This document shows positions 56,721 through 64,000 of a DNA stretch of 64,000 nucleotides, one piece after another. This stretch comes from an uncultured Candidatus Binatia bacterium (lineage in GTDB: Bacteria > Desulfobacterota > Binatia > UBA9968 > JAJDTQ01), in contig OZ241976.1 of NCBI GenBank assembly GCA_965204205.1, positions 1,935,293-1,999,292 on the forward strand, given 5' to 3'. The first letter of the stretch is position 1. The number at the start of each line of letters is the position of its first letter. The notes beneath the pieces were generated by a model. The model saw nothing but the letters and a program-made list of their open reading frames with translations, ran no database searches and was not told the DNA's origin. Both the position numbers and the translations under genes were made by a program.

Positions 56721-57800
56721 ATGAGTGACGCGTACTTATGTTTGAGGGACGTGGTCAAGTCCTACGACGGCCGCGTCAATGCCGTGGACGGCATCTCCAT
56801 CGACGTCCGCAAGGGCGAGTTCCTGACGCTGCTGGGGCCCAGCGGCTCGGGCAAGACCACGACGCTCCTGATAATCGCGGGGTTCGAGGACCTGACCGAG
56901 GGAGCGCTGGAGCTCGAGGACCGCTCGCTGGCCAACGTGCGGCCCTACCGGCGGAACATCGGCATGGTGTTCCAGAACTACGCGCTGTTCCCGCACATGA
57001 CCACCGAGACCAACGTCGCCTTCCCGCTCAGGATGCGGAAGTTCCCGCGGGAGCAAATGCGGCCGCGGGTGGAAAAGGCATTGGAGCTGGTGGGTCTTTC
57101 AGAGTTCGCCACCAAGTACCCGCGCGAGCTGTCCGGCGGCCAGCAGCAACGGGTGGCGCTGGCCCGCGCGCTCGTGTTCGAGCCCGACGTGCTGCTGCTC
57201 GACGAGCCCCTGGGCGCCCTGGACAAGAACCTGCGCGAGCAGATGCAGGTGGAGATCAAGCGGATTCACGGCGAGGTGGGCATCACCACCATCTACGTCA
57301 CCCACGACCAGACCGAGGCCATGACCATGTCGGACCGGGTGGCGGTCTTCAACGACGGCAAGATCGAGCAGCTCGCCCCACCGCTGGAGATGTACCACCG
57401 GCCCGCCACCTTCTTCGTCGGCAACTTCATCGGCGACAGCAACTTCTTCGAGGCCGCCGTGGTCGACCCGGCCGCCGGCAAGCTGGCGGTGGATTCCCTG
57501 GGAGAGATCCTCGCCACGCTCCCCGACGGCGGTATCCGCGCCGGCCGAGTCCACGCGCTCGTGCGCCCGGAAAACGTGCGGCTCGTCCATGAAGGCGAAA
57601 CCGGTCAGGGTCTCAACGTATTCGACATGGCCGTCGAAGGCTCCGTGCACTATGGCGACAGCGTGCTGGTCATTGGCCGCGTCGGTTCCCAGCCCCTGCG
57701 GATCCGGGTTCCGGGCGCCCAGGCGGCTGCCGTGGTCCGGCAGGATCGGCTGCGGGTGGGATGGCGCCCGGAGGATGTACACCTGATCCCGAGAGAGTAG
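56721..57800 (+). CDS. ABC transporter ATP-binding protein (PotA-like)
   Basis: GPSGSGKT, LSGGQQQR, LLDEP, VTHDQ; TOBE-like C-terminus. Confidence 0.93.
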   Translation: MSDAYLCLRDVVKSYDGRVNAVDGISIDVRKGEFLTLLGPSGSGKTTTLLIIAGFEDLTEGALELEDRSLANVRPYRRNIGMVFQNYALFPHMTTETNVAFPLRMRKFPREQMRPRVEKALELVGLSEFATKYPRELSGGQQQRVALARALVFEPDVLLLDEPLGALDKNLREQMQVEIKRIHGEVGITTIYVTHDQTEAMTMSDRVAVFNDGKIEQLAPPLEMYHRPATFFVGNFIGDSNFFEAAVVDPAAGKLAVDSLGEILATLPDGGIRAGRVHALVRPENVRLVHEGETGQGLNVFDMAVEGSVHYGDSVLVIGRVGSQPLRIRVPGAQAAAVVRQDRLRVGWRPEDVHLIPRE

Positions 57801-57902
57801 TGGAGAGTGGTATTGGATCTCACAAGTGGATTCTGGACCGGGCACCTGCATGAGACCGACGGTTGTATTGACGGTTTGACCAGTTATTGTAGCTTGTAAT
57901 TC

Positions 57903-58184
57903 ATGGGAGTTACGTATTCGGCATACGATGCCAAGGCCCAGTTCTCCGAGGTCCTCCGGCAGGTACGCGATGGTAAGACGGTCACGATTTCCTACCGAGG
58001 GAAGCCTGTGGCCGAAATTCGCGCTGTCCCCGAATCGCCCGAGACCATCGAAGCACGACTCGATGACCTCCAACGGCGGGGTGTCCTGGTCCGTGCGGAC
58101 GACCCGCGGAGGCCCATGCAACCGGTGAAACGGCGCCCGGGAGTTCTCAAGCGGTTCCTCTCCGAGCGCGGCTTCCAGGCCTGA
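57903..58184 (+). CDS. Orphan Phd/YefM-family antitoxin
   Basis: YSAYDAKAQFSEVLRQV..G..VTISYRGKPVA; no toxin ORF follows. Confidence 0.82.
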   Translation: MGVTYSAYDAKAQFSEVLRQVRDGKTVTISYRGKPVAEIRAVPESPETIEARLDDLQRRGVLVRADDPRRPMQPVKRRPGVLKRFLSERGFQA

Positions 58185-58303
58185 AACGGCTGGCGCAGGT
58201 TCGGTCTGGACCGGACAGGCCCCGGTTTCAGGCGCAGATTCAATTGACATCGTCAGACGGATTTGTCATGGAGCCCACATAGCCCACCCCACAGGAGGTC
58301 ATC

Positions 58304-59629
58304 ATGGCTTACAGCGCAAAGGGCCGTACCAAGGACTTTCCCGTATTCGACTGCGACAGCCACATCTACGAACCCCCGGAGGTCTGGGACAAGTACATTC
58401 CCGAGCGGCACCGCTCATTGGCCAAGACGCACTTCTACCGGGACGCCGACAAGCTCGTGCTGGTGCGCAACTCACGCATCAGCTTCCGGAGCCCCAATGA
58501 ATGGAAGTATCCGGCGGAGACCTGGCACCCGGGCCTGACCAAGGAAGAGATCGGCAGCGTCCAGCCCGGCACCCCGGAATGGGACAAGAAGGTCGGCCGC
58601 AACGCCAGTGCCCGGGACCCCTACGTGCGCCTCAAGGACATGGATGCCTCCGGCATCGACCAGGTGATGATCTTCCCCTCGACGTTCGTCTACCTGCCGC
58701 TGGTGGAGAATGCCGAAGCGGCGCACCTGTGCGCGCGGGCCTACAACGACTGGGTCTACGACTACTGCGGCGCCGACCGGAAGCGCATGTACCCCGCCGC
58801 GGTGCTGCCGCTTCAGGACGTGGACCGGGCCATCGACGAGCTGCGGCGGGTGGCCAAGCGGGGCTTCAAGTCCGCGCTGGTGCGCCCCATCATCGCTCTC
58901 AACCGCTACCCCACCTTCCCGGAGTTCGACCCGCTGTGGAAGGAGTTCGAGGAGCTCGGCATGGTGCTTGGCATGCACACCTTCCCGTCCCGCAGCGAGC
59001 CCATGTCACCGGGTCTGGCGGAGCGCATGGGCGCCGACCGAAAACGCCTTTTCGCCGACGAGGACGCCGTGCTCGTCTACTCGCCCGGCCAGTTCGTCGC
59101 CAACATCATGCAGGCCATGGGCTCGAAACAAGCCGGCGACGCCGCCTACGGCTTCATCGCCGAGGCCATGACCTGGACTGGCGTGGTGCTGATGACCGGA
59201 TGGCTCGAGAAGTTCCCGCGCCTCAAGGTAGCGATCCTGGAGTCCAACTCGAGCTGGCTGCCGCTGGTGCTGGAGAAGGCCGAGGGCTACCTGGAGCTTT
59301 ACCGGCACACCAATGAGAACATCGGCGACCCCAAGGAGGTCTTCTACAAGAACTGCTTCATCGCCTTCGAGGGCGACGAGGAGATCACCTTCAGGCTGTG
59401 GGACCTGTACGAGGACATCGGGCTATGGTCCTCCGACATGCCCCACCTCGACGCCGCCGACGTGTGGGAAGCCATCGACAACATGAACAAGCACAACGTC
59501 CCGAAGCGCGCCCAGGAAAAGATGCTCGGCGGCAATGCCCGCCGCCTCTACGGCATCGAGCCGGAGCTGGTAGTGACGCAGGCCCCCGACGAGTACACGC
59601 CGGTGACCATGTCACGGTTCGCGTCGTAA
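58304..59629 (+). CDS. Amidohydrolase-2 family protein
   Basis: DCDSH, RLKDMDASGID, RAYNDW, ILES, WSSDMPH, NARRLY. Confidence 0.9.
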   Translation: MAYSAKGRTKDFPVFDCDSHIYEPPEVWDKYIPERHRSLAKTHFYRDADKLVLVRNSRISFRSPNEWKYPAETWHPGLTKEEIGSVQPGTPEWDKKVGRNASARDPYVRLKDMDASGIDQVMIFPSTFVYLPLVENAEAAHLCARAYNDWVYDYCGADRKRMYPAAVLPLQDVDRAIDELRRVAKRGFKSALVRPIIALNRYPTFPEFDPLWKEFEELGMVLGMHTFPSRSEPMSPGLAERMGADRKRLFADEDAVLVYSPGQFVANIMQAMGSKQAGDAAYGFIAEAMTWTGVVLMTGWLEKFPRLKVAILESNSSWLPLVLEKAEGYLELYRHTNENIGDPKEVFYKNCFIAFEGDEEITFRLWDLYEDIGLWSSDMPHLDAADVWEAIDNMNKHNVPKRAQEKMLGGNARRLYGIEPELVVTQAPDEYTPVTMSRFAS

Positions 59630-59736
59630 AAGCATTTTGCTGATTACGCGCGAGTAGGTCCCCCGTTAGTTCCAGTGCCGACCTGTTGGCCTGTAGGATG
59701 CAGGCCAACAGGTCCTTGACGCACTCGTGCCGCACC

Positions 59737-59829
59737 CACGAGGAACCCGGATTCGGCATCAGCTTCCCTGATTTTCCAGGTTGTGTCTCCGAAGGCGATA
59801 CGATCGACGAGACGATCCAGCGAGGTGCC
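59737..59829 (+). pseudogene. HicB-like antitoxin N-terminal fragment
   Basis: HEEPGFGISFPDFPGCVSEGDTIDE; no proper start and no C-terminal domain. Confidence 0.6.
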
Positions 59830-59895
59830 GGCGCTCCGAACGAGATACAGGAGAGAAATCTCGGCAGATAAATCAACCACCATCGAGCGAGAACC

Positions 59896-60045
59896 ATGCC
59901 TGCTGTACCATACAAGACAAGCGATTACCTCACTACCTCTGAAGCGATACTTGAATATCTTTACTTGGTGCTTGACGATCCCGAAAGCGACGACAAGGAC
60001 CTGTGGGTCGCCCTCCGCAACGTCGCCGAAGCTGCCTCCAACTAG
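59896..60045 (+). pseudogene. Truncated addiction-module antidote protein (HI1420-like), HTH domain missing
   Basis: Own translation: MPAVPYKTSDYLTTSEAILEYLYLVLDDPESDDKDLWVALRNVAEAASN* (DYL...AI.EYL...AL.NVA.A pattern). Confidence 0.55.
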
Positions 60046-60797
60046 CTGCTTACCACCGGACCCAGGTCCGGCATCTCGGAGAGGAGCCGGCCGTAGCCGG
60101 GGATGGGCTGGCGGAAGCCCAGGCGTAGCTGGGTTTCCCAGCTCCGGGCGGGTAGAGAGTAGACCACCGGCACTCCGAGACTGGTCTCGATGTCCTCGAT
60201 GACGTCCAGGACCTTCCACGCTGAGCCCAGCAGGTAGAGGGCCTCGGCGCCGGAATGGCGGCGAAACGACTGCTTGAGGTGCTCGGCGATCTGCGTGGGC
60301 GGGATGTTCGGCACCTCGTGGAACGGCGCGTCCATCCCCTCCATGGCGATGACGTCGAAGCCTGCCTCCCGCAGATACTTCGCAAAGATGTTGTTGAGGT
60401 TGTCGGGCAGGTAGGTGGCGCCCAGGAATCGCTTGACCCCGAGCGCCCTGAGGGCGCGCACATGGTTCTGCCCGGACGTGAAGAAGGGCACGCCGTACTT
60501 CCGTTCCCAGCCCCGGATGACCTGGGACTCGCCGTCGAATCCCAGGATCATAAAGGGCGGAGCGCCGAGCACGCGGATGAGGTCGGGCTTCTGATCCATC
60601 AGACCGGCGGCCTTGGCCTCGTAACCCGGAATGGAGCGGGCGAACTCCTCCTGGGTCCCCTCCTGAAAATCCATGGTGACGTGGACGAGCTTGATGCCGG
60701 GCGGGAGCCTGCCGTCAAGCTCCGTGTCCCCGAGGACCCCGGAACGGTTGGTGGGCCACACGGAGCCCACGAGATACTCACGGTCTTGCTCCGCCAT
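60042..60797 (-). CDS. Asp/Glu racemase superfamily (maleate isomerase/arylmalonate decarboxylase-like) protein without Cys
   Basis: ALRALGVKR..ATY, YLREAGFDV, IE..LGVPVV, GYGRLL. Confidence 0.8.
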   Translation of the reverse strand: MAEQDREYLVGSVWPTNRSGVLGDTELDGRLPPGIKLVHVTMDFQEGTQEEFARSIPGYEAKAAGLMDQKPDLIRVLGAPPFMILGFDGESQVIRGWERKYGVPFFTSGQNHVRALRALGVKRFLGATYLPDNLNNIFAKYLREAGFDVIAMEGMDAPFHEVPNIPPTQIAEHLKQSFRRHSGAEALYLLGSAWKVLDVIEDIETSLGVPVVYSLPARSWETQLRLGFRQPIPGYGRLLSEMPDLGPVVSS

Positions 60798-60801
60798 CCC
60801 G

Positions 60802-61206
60802 TCAGTCCTCGTACGGCAGGTGCGACTCGTCGGTGGACGCCCAGCCGGCGCGGCTGTCCCAGTACCGGTGCGCCGACGGCCCCTCGCCGGGATCGTCGTC
60901 GAGGCTGCCCGCGGGAACGGTCATGCGGGAACCGTCCCGGGTGGGACGCGCCACCGGGCAGTTGCAGTTGGAGCAAATGGCGATGGCAAAGGCGCGGGCT
61001 TCGGGCATGTCCCACCGGGAGATCACGTCCTCGCCGGCGATCCAGCGGAACTGCTCCGGCGGCACCGAAATATTGCTGGACTTGACCCCGCCCGTGGCCT
61101 TGCGGCAGCGCATGCAGTAGCAGTGGGCGAACCGGATGAACGGCGGACTTATCTCGTAACGGACGGCCTTGCAAAGACAACTTCCCTGCAGCGTCTCCTC
61201 TGGCAT
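60802..61206 (-). CDS. GFA/CENP-V family zinc-binding protein
   Basis: GSCLC.AVRY, HCYCMRCRK, CSNC; GGAGGAG RBS. Confidence 0.88.
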   Translation of the reverse strand: MPEETLQGSCLCKAVRYEISPPFIRFAHCYCMRCRKATGGVKSSNISVPPEQFRWIAGEDVISRWDMPEARAFAIAICSNCNCPVARPTRDGSRMTVPAGSLDDDPGEGPSAHRYWDSRAGWASTDESHLPYED

Positions 61207-61220
61207 TATCTCCTCCGGGC

Positions 61221-61245
61221 GTAGGGGCGGGCTTCCCCGGCCTAC
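61221..61245 (+). repeat. Degenerate GTAG-type REP element
   Basis: GTAGGGGCGGGCTTCCCCGGCCTAC, intergenic. Confidence 0.45.
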
Positions 61246-61664
61246 TCGTGCGGCGACTGGTAGCTGATCATCCAGCCGATGCCGAACCGGTCGGTCCAAC
61301 TGCCGAAGTAGGCACCCCAAAAGGTCTCCTGCATCGGCATCGTGACCGTGCCTCCCTCCGAGAGCCTCGCAAAAACCTCGTCGCAGTACTCCCTGCTCTC
61401 ACCGTCGATGGATATCGCGAAGTTGGTGCCCTGGACCGGAGGCGGACCGAAGGTCGAGATGCTGTCGCTTCCCATCAGAACGCTCGCTCCAACGGGCAAT
61501 GAGACGTGCATGACGAGGTCCTTCTCCTCCTCCGCCACGTTCATGTCCGGCGGTCCGTCGCCGAAGGTCTGCAGAGTCTGGTACTCGCCGCCGAACACCG
61601 AGCGGTATAACTCGAACGCCTCCCGGCAATTGCCGTCAAAGAAGAGATAGGTATTGAGCGACAT
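61242..61664 (-). CDS. VOC family PhnB/YjdN-like protein
   Basis: YLFFDGNCREAF..Y..VFGG, VMHV.L, LMGSD, ETFWG..FG...DRFGIGW. Confidence 0.9.
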   Translation of the reverse strand: MSLNTYLFFDGNCREAFELYRSVFGGEYQTLQTFGDGPPDMNVAEEEKDLVMHVSLPVGASVLMGSDSISTFGPPPVQGTNFAISIDGESREYCDEVFARLSEGGTVTMPMQETFWGAYFGSWTDRFGIGWMISYQSPHE

Positions 61665-61679
61665 CGGAACCTTTCCTTG

Positions 61680-62813
61680 CTAGAACCCGTACAACCGCGC
61701 GGGGTTGCTCTCCAGGATCGCGCTTTTTCCGGACTCGCTCACGTCGTCCCGCTCCAGCAGGGTCTTGGCCGCGAAGCGCTCCCGGTCGGAATGGGGCATG
61801 TCGGAGCCGAAGACGATCTGGCCTTCCCCCACCAGGTCCATGACCTGGGGCAGCAGGCTGTCCTCCACCTCGGCGCTCCAGAAGAGGTTGCCGCCGCGGA
61901 CGTAGGCGTCGGGCTCGGCCGCGGCGTTGACCTTGATTTCGGGGTAGAGGCTCGCCATGGTGCGGGCGTAGGGGAAGCGGTGGTTCAGGCGGTCCATGAC
62001 GAAGGGGATCCACAGGCAGCCGCCCTCCAGGAAGACCACCCGGAGGTTCGGGAACCGGTCCAGCAGGCCGCCGGTGATGAAGGCGACGAACCCCATCATC
62101 AGCGGCATGAGGAAAGCCGTGATCCACGACGGGTAGAGGTCGCTGTAGAGGTTGTTGAAAGACGGCCAGGACCAGCCCACGTGCACCCCCAGGGTCAGGT
62201 CCGCCTCCGCCATGGCCTCGTAGAACGGCATCAGGGCAGGGTCGTCGAGCATCCGGTCGCCGGCGGTGCCCAGCACCATGACCGCCGAGGCGCCGAGGCT
62301 TCCGGCCTCCCGCACCACGCGCACGGCCCCGGGGACGTCGTCCAGGTTCACCACGCCGGCCCACTTGAGCCGCTCGTTGCCGGAGAGCGTGTCGCCCATC
62401 CAGCGGTTGTACGACGAGCACAGCGCGGTGGCGAGGGCCGGGTCCGAAGCCAGCGGATAGGCGAGGAAGAGCGTCGGATAGATGACCTGGAGGTCGATGC
62501 CCTCGGCGTCCAGCGCCTCGATGCGGGCGTTCACGTCGGTCAGTTCCTGGCTGTCCAGGCTGTCGAGGAGCTCCCCCTCGATGAACGCGCCGAGCCGCGT
62601 GGGCTTGCCGTTCACCCGAGCCGGCGTGCTCAGGTTGTTGCAGCCCGTGCCCGCGCGTCGCGGGAAGACCTGATCGTCGATCTTCCAGCAGGAGCGCTCC
62701 TCCGAGGTCACGATCACCGGCCGCCGGGAGCGGAACGGCGGGTCAAGGTATCTGTCGTCGAACGTCGCCGGGTGCTCGTTCACGTGACCGTCTGCATCGA
62801 TGACTCGCATCAC
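61680..62813 (-). CDS. Amidohydrolase-2 family protein (tandem copy A)
   Basis: IDADGH, IYPT, YNRW, FLEGG, FGSDMPH, NPARLY. Confidence 0.9.
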   Translation of the reverse strand: MMRVIDADGHVNEHPATFDDRYLDPPFRSRRPVIVTSEERSCWKIDDQVFPRRAGTGCNNLSTPARVNGKPTRLGAFIEGELLDSLDSQELTDVNARIEALDAEGIDLQVIYPTLFLAYPLASDPALATALCSSYNRWMGDTLSGNERLKWAGVVNLDDVPGAVRVVREAGSLGASAVMVLGTAGDRMLDDPALMPFYEAMAEADLTLGVHVGWSWPSFNNLYSDLYPSWITAFLMPLMMGFVAFITGGLLDRFPNLRVVFLEGGCLWIPFVMDRLNHRFPYARTMASLYPEIKVNAAAEPDAYVRGGNLFWSAEVEDSLLPQVMDLVGEGQIVFGSDMPHSDRERFAAKTLLERDDVSESGKSAILESNPARLYGF

Positions 62814-62888
62814 AAATGACCCTTTACCGATCTAACGGGTTGTTGAGAAACGCCGCCTGGTACGGGTCGGCGCCCTTCGCCGTTTGCG

Positions 62889-64000
62889 TCAGAGTGCGTA
62901 GAGCCGCGCCGGGTTGCCCTCCAGGATCGCGCTCTTCCCGGACTCGCTCACGTCCTCCCGCTCGAGCAGCGTCTTGGCGGCGAAGCGCTCCCGGTCCGAG
63001 TGGGGTATGTCCGAGCCGAAGACGATCTGGCCCTCCCCCACCAGGTCCATGACCTGGGGCAGCATACCGTCCTCCACCTCCGCGCTCCAGTACAGGTTGC
63101 CGCGCTCGAGGTACTCGTTGGGCTCGGCGGCGGCGTTGACGTTGATCTGCGGGTAGAGGTTCGCCAGCCGGTGAGCATGCGGGTAGCGGTGGTTCAGGCG
63201 GTCGATGACGAAGGGTATCCACAGGCAACCCGCTTCCAGGAAGACCACCCTCAGGTTCGGGAACCGATCCAGGATGCCGCCGGTCATGAAGGCGACGAAC
63301 CCCATCAGCAGCGGCATGGTGAACGCGGTGATCCAGGATGGATAGAGCTCGCTGTAGAGGTTGTTGAGGGACGGACAGGACCAGCCCACGTGCACGCCCA
63401 GAGTCAGGTCGGTCTCCGCCATGGCCTCGTAGAACGGCAGGAGCATGGGGTTGTCGAGCATGTGGTTGCCCGCGGTCCCCAGCACCATCATGGCCGAGGC
63501 GCCCAGGCTCTTGGCCTCGTAGACGGTCTGTACCGCCCCCGGCACGTCTTCCAGGTTGACCACACCGGCCCACTTGAGCCGCTCGCTGCCCGACAGCGTG
63601 TCGCCCATCCAGCGGTTGTAGGACGAGCACAGCGCCGTCATGAGCGGGAGATCGGTGGTCAGCGGGTAGGCCAGGAAGAGCGTCGGATAAATCACCTGGA
63701 CGTCGATGTCCTCGGCGTCCAGCGCTTCGAGGCGGGCGTTCAGGTCGGTCAGTTCCTGGCTGTCCAGACTGTCCAGGTTCTTCCCCTGGATCAGCGCGCC
63801 GTGGCGGGTGGGCTTGCCGTCGACCCTGGCCGGGGTGCTGAAGTTGTTGCAGCCCAGCCCCGAGCGCCGCGGAACGACCTGCTCGTCGATCATCCAGTAA
63901 AACAATCCCCCCGAGCCCACGATGGCGGGCCGCCGGGAGCGGAACGCCGGGTCCAGGTACTTGTCGTCGAAGGTCGCGGGGCACTCGTTCACATGTCCGT
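62889..64000 (-). CDS. Amidohydrolase-2 family protein (tandem copy B, 5' end beyond the window)
   Basis: Collinear with and highly similar to copy A; begins ...GHVNECP at the window edge. Confidence 0.9.
   Translation of the reverse strand, partial: GHVNECPATFDDKYLDPAFRSRRPAIVGSGGLFYWMIDEQVVPRRSGLGCNNFSTPARVDGKPTRHGALIQGKNLDSLDSQELTDLNARLEALDAEDIDVQVIYPTLFLAYPLTTDLPLMTALCSSYNRWMGDTLSGSERLKWAGVVNLEDVPGAVQTVYEAKSLGASAMMVLGTAGNHMLDNPMLLPFYEAMAETDLTLGVHVGWSCPSLNNLYSELYPSWITAFTMPLLMGFVAFMTGGILDRFPNLRVVFLEAGCLWIPFVIDRLNHRYPHAHRLANLYPQINVNAAAEPNEYLERGNLYWSAEVEDGMLPQVMDLVGEGQIVFGSDIPHSDRERFAAKTLLEREDVSESGKSAILEGNPARLYAL

Noticed and set aside
50808-57800. Naming the transporter potABCD
   Set aside because: Only family-level similarity; the embedded CoA ligase and crotonase argue against assuming spermidine/putrescine specificity

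Overview
High-GC, gene-dense bacterial chromosome segment with about 65 genes and one tRNA-Lys(UUU). There is no rRNA, CRISPR array or intact transposase/integrase. It is dominated by paralogous catabolic enzymes of unknown substrate: 5 ornithine cyclodeaminase/mu-crystallin proteins, 4 amidohydrolase-2 proteins, 2 dihydroxyphthalate-decarboxylase-like proteins and 2 MmgE/PrpD proteins. These are interspersed with housekeeping genes (asnS, tadA, prpB/prpD, msrPQ). This paralog profile resembles Binatia/'Deltaproteobacteria'-type genomes (inference only). The main observations are: (1) a BCP/PrxQ peroxiredoxin, split in the ORF track, whose catalytic Cys codon is an in-frame UGA followed by a SECIS-like hairpin (probable selenoprotein); (2) a UbiD enzyme plus a small partner resembling phenylphosphate carboxylase alpha and gamma subunits, flanked by an aryl-CoA ligase and a DUF1302 porin but lacking the other ppc/pps genes; (3) an OCD subfamily with altered active-site residues; (4) a 165-bp CTAG-flanked MITE inserted at the coxS-like stop codon; (5) a split, signal-peptide-bearing spermidine-synthase-like methyltransferase with a separate membrane partner; (6) enzymes lacking canonical catalytic residues, gene remnants, REP-like repeats and candidate regulatory structures. 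All assignments come from reading motifs by eye; no database searches were run.
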